DNA of 64,000 bases from an uncultured Gemmatimonadales bacterium (GCA_963793305.1 CAWBZV010000005.1:32001-96000); one strand, 5' to 3'; counted from the first letter of the stretch, positions 1 to 10,906 are shown. The notes: generated by a model from the letters alone, not told the origin. Numbers and translations: made by a program.

Positions 1-702
1 CCGCGCGTCGAGGTGCTCAATGCCGCGATCTTCGGCATGTCGTTGCCGACGCTCGAGCAGGATCTCCGTCTGCGCGTCCGCGCGCTCCAACCCGACGTCG
101 TCGTGCTGTACCCGACGCCCGTGCAGTATTTGAATGACGAACGCCCCGTACCGGCCGAACCGGACTCCGCCGCGTCGGATCGCTTGCCGTTCCGCGATGC
201 GCTCTATCCGCGCGCGATGGAGCGTCTCCGAAACCAGGCGAAGGCGCTCATCCCCGCATGGCTCGCCACCTCGCTCCGCCGCGACGACATCGCGCGCGAC
301 GCGCGTGAGCACCCGGCCGGTTGGCGGTTCACCGGAGTGCCGGCGGAGCGACTGGCGGCGTACGACACGGATCTGCGCCGCACGATCGGGACGATCCACG
401 CGATTGGCGCGGCGCCGGTGCTGGCTATCCACGCCAACGTATTCGACGCCGGCGGGCCCCTCGATGAGCCGCTGCTCGTGAGCTGGGAAAACCAATACCA
501 TCGGGCGACGGGCGACGCGTTGATCGCCTTCGACGCCGCGGCCGCGCGGGCGACCGTCCGTGCGGCGCGCGACTCGAACGTCACCTTCGTCGACCTCCGG
601 CAAGTGCACGCGACACCGATGTTCGCTGATTACGCCCACTTCACGGATGCCGGCGCCGCGGCCGTCGCCGGCGCACTCGCCCGCGCGGTGCTGGCGCGAT
701 GA
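1..702 (+). CDS. SGNH/GDSL-like hydrolase or acyltransferase, 5'-truncated by window edge
   Basis: EVLNAAIFGMS block, PDVVVLY, C-terminal FADYAHFTDAG (DxxH); frame open to the window start. Confidence 0.7.
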   Translation, partial: PRVEVLNAAIFGMSLPTLEQDLRLRVRALQPDVVVLYPTPVQYLNDERPVPAEPDSAASDRLPFRDALYPRAMERLRNQAKALIPAWLATSLRRDDIARDAREHPAGWRFTGVPAERLAAYDTDLRRTIGTIHAIGAAPVLAIHANVFDAGGPLDEPLLVSWENQYHRATGDALIAFDAAAARATVRAARDSNVTFVDLRQVHATPMFADYAHFTDAGAAAVAGALARAVLAR

Positions 703-1709
703 CGTCCCGTTCCATCTCGGTAGTCATCCCGACATACAACCGTGCCGGATTGTTGCCCCGCGCGGTCGCCTCGGCGCTGGCCCAGACGATGGCGCCCGCT
801 GAAGTGTTGATCGTCGACGACGGCTCGACAGATGAGACGAGAGCCGTCTGCGCCCAATGGAGCGCTCCGGTGCGCTACATCGCGACGCCCAACGGCGGTG
901 TCGCCCGGGCGCGCAACGTCGGGATCGCCGAGGCGCGCGGCGACTGGGTCGCGCTCCTCGACTCCGACGACGAGTGGGAGCCCGACAAGCTCGCCGCACA
1001 GTGCGCGGCCCTTGATGCCGCGTCCGAGGCACGGTGGTGCATCACCGGTTGCACCCTCATCGACGGCAACGGCGAGCCACGCGCCGGCCGACAAGGCTAC
1101 GAGGCCGCGTTTCCCGTATTTTCCGAAGTCAAGGACAGCGCCGCCGAGTATTTTGGCCGGACGTTGCGCCAGATCGGGCCCGACGCCTACGCCGGCGATC
1201 TGTTCGAGACGCTCTTTCGCGGCAACGTCGTGCTCCCATCGTCAGCGCTGGTGCACAAGTCCGTCTTCGAGCGTTGTGGCGTGTTCGATCCCCAGTTCCG
1301 GTACGCCGAAGAGACCGAATTCTTTCATCGTGTCGCGGCGTCGTTTCCCGTGGCGGTGTTGCTGTCGCCTCTCGTACGCTACCGCGTGGCCCAAGCTGGT
1401 TCGCTCACGTCGCCCGAGAATACGGCGGTGCTCATCAAGAATGCGCTGCGGAGCCTGGACAAGGCGAGGCAGCTGCGGCCGCGCGACCGGTCGATCTGGC
1501 GCGCGTGCCGTGTCGGTTCGGCGAGCCTGATCGTGCGATTGGCCTACACGCATCTGTCGAACTACGATCCACGCCTCGCGCGCCACGTGATACGCATCGC
1601 GTTGAACAATGGCGCGGCCGGCAAGCCACGCGCCTGGGGTATCCTCCTCGCATCGTTCCTTCCGGCGTCGACGCTCCGCGGTCTCCACGCACTCAAACGG
1701 CGGGTCTGA
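699..1709 (+). CDS. glycosyltransferase family 2
   Basis: ISVVIPTYNR, IVDDGSTD, ARNVG, LDSDD motifs; ATGA overlap with upstream gene. Confidence 0.92.
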   Translation: MTSRSISVVIPTYNRAGLLPRAVASALAQTMAPAEVLIVDDGSTDETRAVCAQWSAPVRYIATPNGGVARARNVGIAEARGDWVALLDSDDEWEPDKLAAQCAALDAASEARWCITGCTLIDGNGEPRAGRQGYEAAFPVFSEVKDSAAEYFGRTLRQIGPDAYAGDLFETLFRGNVVLPSSALVHKSVFERCGVFDPQFRYAEETEFFHRVAASFPVAVLLSPLVRYRVAQAGSLTSPENTAVLIKNALRSLDKARQLRPRDRSIWRACRVGSASLIVRLAYTHLSNYDPRLARHVIRIALNNGAAGKPRAWGILLASFLPASTLRGLHALKRRV

Positions 1710-1711
1710 CC

Positions 1712-2815
1712 ATGATCATCGCCGAGATGCTGGAGTCCGACGGCCCCGGCGGGGCGGAGCTGGTCGAGTTGCGTCTCGCGAAGGCGCTCCGGGACCGCGG
1801 ACACACGATCGTGCCCGTCGGTCCATCCATGGGGTGCGGCTGGTTGGCCGGACAATTCCGGGAGGCGGGATTCGACCCGCAAACATTCACGCTGCGCCGG
1901 CCGCTCGACTGGCGGTGTCTCCAGGGCATGATCGAGCTGCTGCGTCGGTATCGCGTCGACGTCGTGCACAGTCACGAATTCACCATGGCGGTCTACGGCG
2001 CCGCCGCAGCGCGCTGGCTCGGCATCCCGCACGTCATCACGATGCACGGCAGCCAGTACGTGACATCGAAGTGGCGCCGCCAGGTGTTGCTGCGTTGGGC
2101 CTTCCGTTTCAGCACAGCAACGGTGGCGGTGTCGGAGGACACGAAGCGACACTTGCAGAAAGAACTGAGCCTGCCCGACACCATGTTGCGTGTCGTCCCG
2201 AACGGTGTCCCGGCGCGTCTGGGCAACCGGACCACGGTACGAACCGCGCTCGGCATCCCGGACGATCACGTCCTCCTCTTGGCGGTTGGCAGCTTGATCC
2301 CTCGCAAGGGGCACGCGGTGCTCATCGAGGCCCTGTCGACCCTCGGCGCCGGTCCCTGGCTGCTCGCGATTGCCGGCGGCGGAGTCGAGAAGGATCGCCT
2401 GGAAGCGCTCGCCGCCTCGAAAGGCCTGACGGCGCACGTGAAGATCCTCGGCCACCGGGAGGATGTGCCGGATCTCTTGGCGGCGACTGACGTCTTCGTC
2501 ATGCCGTCGCTCTGGGAAGGTCTGCCACTGGCGCTCCTCGAGGCGATGCTCGCCGGCAAGCCGGTCATTGCCTCGCGCACGTCCGGGATTCCGGAAGCCG
2601 TGACCGATGGCGTCGACGGCATTCTGACCACGCCCGGCGATGTGGCGGCGCTCGCCAACGCGCTCGGAGGTGTCCTGGCGGACCCCGCACGCCGCGTCAG
2701 TCTCGGCGCGGCGGCCCGCGCGCGCGCCGAGGCCAACTTCACGCTCGACGCGATGGCGGACGGCTATGAGGCTGTCTTTCGCGACGCGCTAGGCCGGGCG
2801 AACGGTCGGCCGTAG
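1712..2815 (+). CDS. glycosyltransferase family 4 (GT-B)
   Basis: GPGGAE N-terminus, VGSLIPRKG, PSLWEGLPLALLEAM; start taken at ATG 1712 just after upstream stop. Confidence 0.92.
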   Translation: MIIAEMLESDGPGGAELVELRLAKALRDRGHTIVPVGPSMGCGWLAGQFREAGFDPQTFTLRRPLDWRCLQGMIELLRRYRVDVVHSHEFTMAVYGAAAARWLGIPHVITMHGSQYVTSKWRRQVLLRWAFRFSTATVAVSEDTKRHLQKELSLPDTMLRVVPNGVPARLGNRTTVRTALGIPDDHVLLLAVGSLIPRKGHAVLIEALSTLGAGPWLLAIAGGGVEKDRLEALAASKGLTAHVKILGHREDVPDLLAATDVFVMPSLWEGLPLALLEAMLAGKPVIASRTSGIPEAVTDGVDGILTTPGDVAALANALGGVLADPARRVSLGAAARARAEANFTLDAMADGYEAVFRDALGRANGRP

Positions 2816-4378
2816 CCGCGCCCGCACGGACGTTGAGATCGTCGCCGGCAACGCCAGCAGCGCGCGCTTGTCGCCCGCGTTCAGGATCGGCAGCCACCAC
2901 ACGAGCGCCAGGAAGACCGCGAACTCGGCCACGCGCGTCCCCAACGCCGCGACCAGCGAATGGGCGGGGACCAGCACGCTCACCACGACCGTCACGACCG
3001 AGAGCGCGGCGAGTCGCAGCACCGGCGCCCAGTGGTAGCGGATGGGCCAGAGGCGCTGGGAGAACGCGTAGGTGCACCCGTACCGGACGGCGTAGGCGAT
3101 AGCGGTGGCGATCGCCGCACCCCATCCCGCGTATCGAGGAATGAGGAGCGCATAGGCGATGAGCACGACGCCGGCCGATATCCAATTGGCGATCGCGATG
3201 TACTTCGTCTTCTCCGTGACGCCGATGCCGACATCCTGCGACGCCGTCCAGGCTTGGAAGACGATGGCAATGAGCAGGATCGGCACGAAGTTCGCGGCGC
3301 CATAGAATGGCGGCGTGGCCATGACGCGGAGGACGCCGTGCACGAAGAGCGACATGCCGACCGCCGCCGTCATCAGGATCACGTTCTGATACACGAACAC
3401 CCGCGCGTAGATGCTATCGCGATCCGCGCGCTTGGCGATCTCGAACTTCTTCGGCTCCCAGACGAGATCGAAGGGCGTCTGCGCGAGGTACGCCAGCAGG
3501 AACGCGAACGAGTACGCCATCGTATAGAGGCCGACGGACGTCAGGTTCGTCACCACGCGCAGGAACGGCCGATCGCCGTACGTGAGAATGAACGTCGCGA
3601 ATTGCGTGACGATGAGCGGAAACCCATAGCGATAGAGATCCTTGGCGACCTGCTTGTCGTACCCGAAGCCGACCTCGCGGAAGACCATTGCGGTCATGAT
3701 GCCGCCGATCACGACGTTGCAGATCAGCGTGCTCAGGAAGATCGCGGCCGGCCCCAGGTGAAAGTGCACGAGGAAGAGCACGTTCATCGCCACTTGGAGC
3801 GGGAGCCGGAACAGGTTCATCCGCACGAGGGTGGTGAATCGTCCGGTCAGCCTCAAGAACGCCGGTGGCACGAAGTACAGCGCGACCACGGCGAGATTCG
3901 CGCTCGCCAGACGAGCGAGCCCCGTGTACTTGATGTCGCCGATGACGTATCGGGCGAGTTGCGGCGCCAGCACGTAGGCGATGATCGCCGCGCAGGCGTA
4001 CCCCGCGTAGATCGTGAGCATCGCCGTCGAGACCACGCGGCGCCGCATGGTCTGGTCGTCGGTTTTGTAGTAGAACCGGAACACGCCGCCGAGGAGCCGC
4101 GAGCCGGCGATGATCTGCAGGATATCGAGGCTGTTTTCGATCAGCTCGATGACGCCATAATCCGCTGGCGTGAGATAGCGGACGTACAGCGGCAGCATGA
4201 AGAACGACACGCCCTTGCTGAGCAGCGTGAGCGCCGCGAACAGCACCGCATACCCGCCCAGCGCCTGCAAACGGAGGGGGGCCGGCTCCTCGGGCGCCAG
4301 AGGCGCTGGGAGCTCACCCGGCGGAAGCGTCGACTCGTCTGGGAGGAGCGGGTCTTCCGCGGCATACGGATTCGTCAC
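2789..4378 (-). CDS. Wzx-type oligosaccharide flippase
   Basis: about 12-14 hydrophobic segments, LPLYVRYLTPADYG, VGLYTMAY; GTGA overlap with upstream GT2 stop. Confidence 0.85.
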   Translation of the reverse strand: MTNPYAAEDPLLPDESTLPPGELPAPLAPEEPAPLRLQALGGYAVLFAALTLLSKGVSFFMLPLYVRYLTPADYGVIELIENSLDILQIIAGSRLLGGVFRFYYKTDDQTMRRRVVSTAMLTIYAGYACAAIIAYVLAPQLARYVIGDIKYTGLARLASANLAVVALYFVPPAFLRLTGRFTTLVRMNLFRLPLQVAMNVLFLVHFHLGPAAIFLSTLICNVVIGGIMTAMVFREVGFGYDKQVAKDLYRYGFPLIVTQFATFILTYGDRPFLRVVTNLTSVGLYTMAYSFAFLLAYLAQTPFDLVWEPKKFEIAKRADRDSIYARVFVYQNVILMTAAVGMSLFVHGVLRVMATPPFYGAANFVPILLIAIVFQAWTASQDVGIGVTEKTKYIAIANWISAGVVLIAYALLIPRYAGWGAAIATAIAYAVRYGCTYAFSQRLWPIRYHWAPVLRLAALSVVTVVVSVLVPAHSLVAALGTRVAEFAVFLALVWWLPILNAGDKRALLALPATISTSVRARLRPTVRPA

Positions 4379-5340
4379 CGGCTGGGGGTCGCGTGGTTCC
4401 GCGACCACAGCGGCGCGAACGGCAGCAGCGGCAACGCAGCGAGGTGCTTGAGCGCGTTCAACTTCGATCCCGGCATCCGCATGGCTTCGAAATACGCATC
4501 CACTGCTGGCCTGGCCTCCCCGCGCCAGAAATGATGGTGCCCGAGTGAGAGCCACGCCCGTCCCAACCGACGCTTCACGGCCTCGCGCTGTCCGTCATCG
4601 TGGACCTCGCGCGCCACACGCGTCAGCGCGTCGATGTCGGGTCGCAGCTTCTCCTCCGGCCGGCGATAGCTGTTGGCATTGTGCCGTCGCACCTCGACGA
4701 GCGGCTCCTGAATGAAGGCCGCCCGCGCGACGGAATAAATCCGCAACATGTAACAGTAATCTTGGCTGAGCCGCATGTCTTCCGGAAACTCGATGTCACG
4801 AGCGGAGTCGGCCCGGATGAGCGCCGTCTGTATCCATGCGGGGAACTGCCGCGTCGCGACCAGACTGACCAGCGCGTCCGCCTGGATGACCCGAGCGTGG
4901 CCTTCCCGACTGTCCCGCAGCGGCAACGCATAGAGCTCGGGCACGATGTCGAACTGCGTATTGGGATGCCGGCCGTTCTCGTCGAACCGCACGAAGTTGG
5001 TGAACACGAACCCGACATCGGGCTCGCTGCACAGAACCTCGAGTTGTGCCTTGAGCTTGCCCGGGCACCAGCGGTCATCCGCATCGAGGTACGCGATGAA
5101 GCGGCCTCGAGCAATGCGCAGTCCATGGTTTCTCGCCGCACCGACGCCGACTTTCTGCAGATACTCGACCCTGAGCCGGGGGTCGCCGATCATCGCGAGC
5201 CGCTGCTGGGTGTCATCCGTCGACGCGTCGTCGACGACGATGACCTCGAGGTCATCGACACCTTGCGTGAGGATGCTCATCACCGCTTCGGTGATATACT
5301 CACCGAAGTTGTGACTGGCGATAATGACGCTAACGAGCAT
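4375..5340 (-). CDS. glycosyltransferase family 2
   Basis: VSVIIASHN, VVDDASTD, YLDADD. Confidence 0.9.
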   Translation of the reverse strand: MLVSVIIASHNFGEYITEAVMSILTQGVDDLEVIVVDDASTDDTQQRLAMIGDPRLRVEYLQKVGVGAARNHGLRIARGRFIAYLDADDRWCPGKLKAQLEVLCSEPDVGFVFTNFVRFDENGRHPNTQFDIVPELYALPLRDSREGHARVIQADALVSLVATRQFPAWIQTALIRADSARDIEFPEDMRLSQDYCYMLRIYSVARAAFIQEPLVEVRRHNANSYRRPEEKLRPDIDALTRVAREVHDDGQREAVKRRLGRAWLSLGHHHFWRGEARPAVDAYFEAMRMPGSKLNALKHLAALPLLPFAPLWSRNHATPSR

Positions 5341-6823
5341 ACGGTCGAGTCTCGAGGCGCGTGACCTGCACACCGCGAAAATGCAGCGGGGACCTCACAA
5401 CGTAATGACGACGGACAAACGCGTCGATCACGCCGGCACTCGATTGCAGGTCCGGTACGAGCCGGTTGGCTTGGACCAGCCAGACTCCGCCGGTGGTACC
5501 CAGGCTCGAGAAACGCGCCGCCAGGATCGTCGTGTCACGCGTCGCGTACTGACTCGGCTCGTAATGATCCAGGTCTGGATCGACCGGGAGTCCCGACACG
5601 GCCGCTCCGTGTCCCAGATAGTACTGCAGGGGCAGGACGCGATCGGGGTCGAACACGAGCACGTGGTCGCCCGGGGTCATGTGTCGCACCAGATAATCGG
5701 CGACCTGCCGCCAATCCTCGGGATATTGCGGATCGATCTCGAAGCTGACAACGAAGGCCAGCAGCAAAGCCACCAGGCTGGTGGCGCCGAGCGCCCGTGG
5801 CCAACCCGCCCGTGTCTGGGCGATCCACAGACTGTACAGCGTCAGCGTCGCGGGCAGGAGCAGCACCAGGTGCCGATGCCGCATCGGAATCCGGTGCAGA
5901 TACATGAGCGCGCACAATGCGACGAGGGGGACCACCACCGATGCGATGAGCGCCCGTTCCGCTGGTGTCGACTTCCCGCCGAACGCGATCCGCAGCGCGG
6001 GCACGATCGCCAGGATGGCCCAGACGATGATCACCGCGTGCGGGAAGTAGAGCGCACCCGTGTCGGTGAGCAACGCTTTGAGCGGCTGACCCGCGAGGAC
6101 GAATACCGGATTCGACACGATCGTCGTCTGATCGCTCACGGGGGCTTCGATCGGATGCGCGGCGCCCTGCGACAGGATCGTCGGGACCCATGGGACGATC
6201 CCGATGCCAACCACGGCGAGCGCGCCCGTGACGCGTCGCACCTGTCGCCCGATCGCGAGCGCGCCGATCCATTGGCCGAGGAGCAGAAACGCGTTGTAGT
6301 AAAACGTCAGAACCGACAGATACGCCACGACCGCGTACAGAACGGTCGAGCGGTTGAGATGCTCGTCGGGGCCGACGACGATGCGCAAATACCAGTACAG
6401 CGTCACCGTGGCCAGAAGCAACGACATGCCATACGTGCGCGCCTCGGCGGCCGCCCAGATGATGCCTGGCGTCGCCGCCGCGAGCACGGCCGGTGTCAAC
6501 CACCCGCGTATCCCGATCAGCCGCCCGATCGCCGCCAGGGTCGTCAGCATCCCGAGGATGCAGCCGAGCGACAGCAGGCGCGCGAAGATGATGCCGTCGT
6601 GAAGGCGGAGCCACAGATTCAGCGCGACGAAGTAGAGCGGCGGCTGCAGCTCGAAGTGCAGCGCTTGATGCACGGTCCCCGCGAGCGGGCGCATCGCCGT
6701 GTTGAGCGAGTACGACTCGTCCGTCCACAGACTCTTGTGGAGGGAATTCCAGAGCACCAGCGCCGTCAGCGCCAGCGTGACAACGGTCAGAACCGTCGCG
6801 TCTCGCTTACTGGCGGAACTCAT
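5330..6823 (-). CDS. GT-C fold membrane glycosyltransferase (GT39/PMT-like)
   Basis: SLWTDESYS, QPPLYF, EARTYG, EDWR motifs; polytopic. Confidence 0.8.
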   Translation of the reverse strand: MSSASKRDATVLTVVTLALTALVLWNSLHKSLWTDESYSLNTAMRPLAGTVHQALHFELQPPLYFVALNLWLRLHDGIIFARLLSLGCILGMLTTLAAIGRLIGIRGWLTPAVLAAATPGIIWAAAEARTYGMSLLLATVTLYWYLRIVVGPDEHLNRSTVLYAVVAYLSVLTFYYNAFLLLGQWIGALAIGRQVRRVTGALAVVGIGIVPWVPTILSQGAAHPIEAPVSDQTTIVSNPVFVLAGQPLKALLTDTGALYFPHAVIIVWAILAIVPALRIAFGGKSTPAERALIASVVVPLVALCALMYLHRIPMRHRHLVLLLPATLTLYSLWIAQTRAGWPRALGATSLVALLLAFVVSFEIDPQYPEDWRQVADYLVRHMTPGDHVLVFDPDRVLPLQYYLGHGAAVSGLPVDPDLDHYEPSQYATRDTTILAARFSSLGTTGGVWLVQANRLVPDLQSSAGVIDAFVRRHYVVRSPLHFRGVQVTRLETRPYAR

Positions 6824-8405
6824 ACAGGTAACGTGGGAACCCGTGATTGTATCGCTTCGGCGTTCCGGTCAACGCGATGAATCGGTCGCCATAATCCTGC
6901 ACCAGCGTGTAATGCGGTTCGAGCAACGAGAGCGGCGCCGTCATGCCCACGAGTGGTCTCGCGGTCAGCACGAACTGTTGTCCCGTCGGGTGCACCACGG
7001 GATCGAGCAGGGCGAACGCGCGGGCCTCATCGGCCGCATTGTGCCCGGGACCCCTCTCCATGTCCTCGATCGCGACCCAATGGGCGCCCGGCGAGAATAT
7101 CGGCGGTCCGGCAAATTGCCCGATGCCAGGCGCGTACACCGGTCCAGTCAGCGCTTTCACGGCGCCCTTGAGATCCGCGAGGGCCTCGTGCGAATGGGAC
7201 GAGACGACAACGGTCTGGGGTGCGTACGTGAGCGGCGTGAATGCGATCGCCACCGCTGCTGCCTGCAGCACGACTGACTTGATCTCGGCTAGTCCGAACG
7301 TACCGAGAACAATCGTAAACGCGCCGAAGGGGATAAAGACATTATCGGATGATCCCCAGTCGAGCGAGCCCATGAACGCTGTCGCGCAGGCCATGATGAA
7401 CTGCACATGCCATACGGTCGCCGCTCCGCGGCGCGTCGATGCAGCGCTATCGCGCTGCTCGACTGGTCGGTTGAGATGTCGCTCGGCTGCGCCTCGCTCC
7501 TCGCGCACCGCTCTCGTGATCTCCACCGCGGCCGCGATGAACAGGGGCAGGTAATTGCCGGCGACGAATCGAATCAGCCTCGCGAACGTCTCGACGTTGA
7601 CCTTGGACCACCCGCGCGGGACGTCGAGTGTGAAGTAATGAAAGTCGACCCCCAGAGGAGCGATCGCATAGAGAACGGGCCCCAACACGATCGCCACGAC
7701 CCAGTATGGCCAAGACTTGACGAGCCCTTCGCGCCACGTGAGGTACAGGACCCCGCCGATGGCGAACAGGGCCCCATGCTGCTTGAACCAGAACGAAAGG
7801 GTCAGTAGGACGACGCCACCCAGCCGCCCGAGCCGAGTCTCCGAGCGCCCGATCACATACGTCCCGGCCAAAGCCGACGCCAGGAGCCAGGAATCAGAAT
7901 GCGCCGTGTCCAGATATGCGTCCATGACGCGATACGCCGTCGCATAGAACGCGAGCGCGATCAGCCCCCACCAAGCCGACTGCGTCCGATCCCGAACGGC
8001 CGCATAGATGATGTACCCAGCCAACGCCATGCCGATGATCGCAACGATCCTGAGCGCGGGCAGATCCAGCCCCATGACCCAAGTGAATGGCACGCACAGG
8101 TAGTAGTACAGGGGATTGTACGCCAGCGGCACATACGCCGGTGTCGGTGCCGGGTAGACCGGAAGCCCATGCGCAGCCTGCGCGACGTGCTGCAGAATCG
8201 CGCCTTCCATGAGGTCCAGGTGGCCCGCGAAGTTGACGTGATTGAACCACAGAAACCCAACGAACGCGATCATCAAGACGGACCACGCGGCCAGCAGGGC
8301 TCGTGATCGCTCGCGAGTCGGGCGCGGCTCACGGATGTCGAGCCATATCGCGAGGGCGACCGCGCCGAGGAAGATGACGCGCAGGATCGTGAGACGACCG
8401 GTCAT
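6807..8405 (-). CDS. polytopic membrane protein, GT-C (ArnT/PMT-like) candidate
   Basis: LDLMEG...YNPLYY loop after TM2, DTAHSD, FKQ motif, many TMs; start at ATG overlapping upstream stop. Confidence 0.65.
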   Translation of the reverse strand: MTGRLTILRVIFLGAVALAIWLDIREPRPTRERSRALLAAWSVLMIAFVGFLWFNHVNFAGHLDLMEGAILQHVAQAAHGLPVYPAPTPAYVPLAYNPLYYYLCVPFTWVMGLDLPALRIVAIIGMALAGYIIYAAVRDRTQSAWWGLIALAFYATAYRVMDAYLDTAHSDSWLLASALAGTYVIGRSETRLGRLGGVVLLTLSFWFKQHGALFAIGGVLYLTWREGLVKSWPYWVVAIVLGPVLYAIAPLGVDFHYFTLDVPRGWSKVNVETFARLIRFVAGNYLPLFIAAAVEITRAVREERGAAERHLNRPVEQRDSAASTRRGAATVWHVQFIMACATAFMGSLDWGSSDNVFIPFGAFTIVLGTFGLAEIKSVVLQAAAVAIAFTPLTYAPQTVVVSSHSHEALADLKGAVKALTGPVYAPGIGQFAGPPIFSPGAHWVAIEDMERGPGHNAADEARAFALLDPVVHPTGQQFVLTARPLVGMTAPLSLLEPHYTLVQDYGDRFIALTGTPKRYNHGFPRYLYEFRQ

Positions 8406-10906
8406 AGCGGGCAGTCCCGGTCGATGATCTGCTGGGCCCGCAGGGTCTGGAGCATGGTTGTTGCGGCCGTCCGCTGCCCCTCGGGCGTCCAATGCCAGGC
8501 GTTCGAGTAGTACGTCGGCTGCGGGTCAGCCCTGAGTGGCCCGGTCAGGTCCACCACGCTGACGCCGACGGAATCCGCGATGGTCTTGAGCGTGGTATAC
8601 GGTCGCAGCAAGTCGTAATGCACGGGGTCTGTCAGCGGGACCCCCGACCTCGGCAAATACTGGATGCGATCACGCGGGAGCACGGTGACCCCGCCCGGCG
8701 TATAGAACACGAGCAATCGCGCGTTGACGCTCTTGGCTTCATCCCGAAACTCGGCCATGAAGCGCGTCATGCGCGCGACATTGGCCGTGTCGTAGAGGGA
8801 ATTCTGTCCGCGCGCATAATACGGAAGCATGAGCTTCCATGTCTGATCGGGCGACGGCTTCCCGGTGACCTCGGCCACGCCGGCTTCGTACCACCGCCGT
8901 ATGTTCGCAACCAGATGCGATCGATCGCGGAAGATCCCGCGCACCGACCCGCCACTCTGCGTCAGCCCGATGCCGCGACGCCGCTGCTCGGTGCCGATCG
9001 TAATATCTTGCCAGTCGTTCACGAAGAACTCGTGTACGACGACGTCGGGCGTGAACAACGGCCCGAGCTCGCGGAACTGCGCGATCTCTTCCAGCGGCCC
9101 ATAGCCGGTGACGCCGGCGTTGATGACCTCGACGGGCCGCGGCGCGAGGCAGCGCGCCAGCGCGGTCTGGAGCAGTGCCGGATACGACTGCTCGTACGGC
9201 AGCGCCTCGGGCATCGTGAACGCGTCGCCCATCGTCAGCACGCGGAAGGTATTCGCGCTCCGGCGCGCGGCCGGGATCTCAGGGCTCGCGAGCCCGAACG
9301 AGTTCGTGCGGATGACGTAGTCGTAGTCGTTGTAGCGCAGATGCGTGGTCTTGTTCGGGATGAGCCCGAACACCCGCGTCGGATGGATCTCGAGCGCCGG
9401 TTTCTCTCCCCAGCCACCGACTTCCCGCGGCGCGAATCGCTTGGCCGCCAGCTCGCCGGCGATGACAATGACCACCGTCACCGCGACGCCGATAACCAGC
9501 GACCCACCCATCGACGCCAGCGCGATCAACACCCCCAGCATCGCCGCCAAGAATCCTGACCCGGCGGGAATCACGAACAGATAGAGGACGGTTGACAGGA
9601 CTCCCGCATTGCGCGGTGCGCGGACGAGCCAAATCAGCGTGATGGCGTCGACCGCGAGCAACCAACAGAGTGTGCGCTGCCAGTGGCCGTCGGGCGTTAA
9701 TTGCGGCTCGACCGTAAACAGCACCAACGGAACGATGATAGCGCTGGCCCACGCAATGGGTCCGGCAACCCGCCGCAACCTGTCGGCTCCATCGCGCTCG
9801 ATGTCCGCCACCACGCGCTCGATCCACACGGCGACCGGCCACGATAAGACCAACACCAGCGCGGCAGCGAGAAAGTGCGCCCCTCCGTTGCTAAACCACG
9901 CGGCAGTCCATTTGAGGGGTGGCTGGTGCAATAGAAAAATCGCGTACGACGCCGCACCGAGTCGTGTAATCCACGCGGCCGGCGCCATACGCCAGATCGC
10001 GTAGAACACACCGGTGAGTCCCAACGTGATCAGGAGGTTGGAGAAAACGACCGTTGGGAGAAAGAATTGCGCGCCGAATCCCACGATGTAGCTCCCGATC
10101 GCCCAGCCTACGGACGGGAGCTGGCGACCGTTCGTGATCCACCACGCGGCGACCATGCCGGCAGCAAACTCCGCCAACCGGCTGCCAAAGAACATGCCGG
10201 TCAGCCAATCATATCTGATAGCGGGAAGCGCCAGGCCAATTCCGCGCGAGACGATCGTGAACGCCAACGCGGCTGCGAAGAACCGCATCGGCCCCAGTCG
10301 CTCCAACCCGCGGAACAAGATGGGATAGACGATATAGATCTGCAGGATCAACCAGACGAACCACCACGAGGGCGAGATATAGAAGAAAAGCCCACGCGTG
10401 AACCTGAGCCCCGCGAGACTGAGCAACGTCGCCGGCGAGCCAAACGACAGCGTATTGCCGGGCACGAACAGAGCGCCGCCCAGGATGACGACGTGCATGG
10501 CGATATACAACGGATAGAGCCGGAGCAGCCGCCGGCGATAGAACGCCTTGGTGTCCATCCCGTTGCGAAGCGCCGAGAGCGTGAGGCCGACGCCACTGGC
10601 AAAGATGAACACGCCGGGCGCCGCGTCGCCGAGCCAGCCGAGCATACGCAGGGCTCCCCACAGGGGACCGGAGCCGTGCGGAAGGGCCGTCGCCACACGC
10701 GTCGACAACGCCGGCCACGAGGCTGTGGGATTGGTGAACCACGGCCCGGGGCCGAACTCCTCGACGAAATGGTTGAGGAGAATGCCGAGCAGCGCCAACG
10801 CCTTGATCGGGTCGAGCCAGTCGAGCCGCGTCGCTTGGATGTCGGGCGCCGCCTGGGTCGGCCTCGCCTCGATCCGTGACGCTGCGGCTGATCCGGCTGC
10901 GCTCAT
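8402..10906 (-). CDS. acyltransferase-3 fused to an SGNH-like domain (OafA/OatA-like)
   Basis: RLDWLDPIKALA..H, FYRRRLLRLYP, SYAIFLLH; C-terminal RTNSFG...MGDAFT, EVINAGVTGYG, WHWT. Confidence 0.85.
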   Translation of the reverse strand: MSAAGSAAASRIEARPTQAAPDIQATRLDWLDPIKALALLGILLNHFVEEFGPGPWFTNPTASWPALSTRVATALPHGSGPLWGALRMLGWLGDAAPGVFIFASGVGLTLSALRNGMDTKAFYRRRLLRLYPLYIAMHVVILGGALFVPGNTLSFGSPATLLSLAGLRFTRGLFFYISPSWWFVWLILQIYIVYPILFRGLERLGPMRFFAAALAFTIVSRGIGLALPAIRYDWLTGMFFGSRLAEFAAGMVAAWWITNGRQLPSVGWAIGSYIVGFGAQFFLPTVVFSNLLITLGLTGVFYAIWRMAPAAWITRLGAASYAIFLLHQPPLKWTAAWFSNGGAHFLAAALVLVLSWPVAVWIERVVADIERDGADRLRRVAGPIAWASAIIVPLVLFTVEPQLTPDGHWQRTLCWLLAVDAITLIWLVRAPRNAGVLSTVLYLFVIPAGSGFLAAMLGVLIALASMGGSLVIGVAVTVVIVIAGELAAKRFAPREVGGWGEKPALEIHPTRVFGLIPNKTTHLRYNDYDYVIRTNSFGLASPEIPAARRSANTFRVLTMGDAFTMPEALPYEQSYPALLQTALARCLAPRPVEVINAGVTGYGPLEEIAQFRELGPLFTPDVVVHEFFVNDWQDITIGTEQRRRGIGLTQSGGSVRGIFRDRSHLVANIRRWYEAGVAEVTGKPSPDQTWKLMLPYYARGQNSLYDTANVARMTRFMAEFRDEAKSVNARLLVFYTPGGVTVLPRDRIQYLPRSGVPLTDPVHYDLLRPYTTLKTIADSVGVSVVDLTGPLRADPQPTYYSNAWHWTPEGQRTAATTMLQTLRAQQIIDRDCPL

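Noticed and set aside
1034..1711. N-terminal extensions given by the ORF track (also flippase, deacetylase, glcE, ygfZ, LON-N, aroB)
   Set aside because: They overlap upstream genes; starts were reassigned to coupled or motif-supported codons
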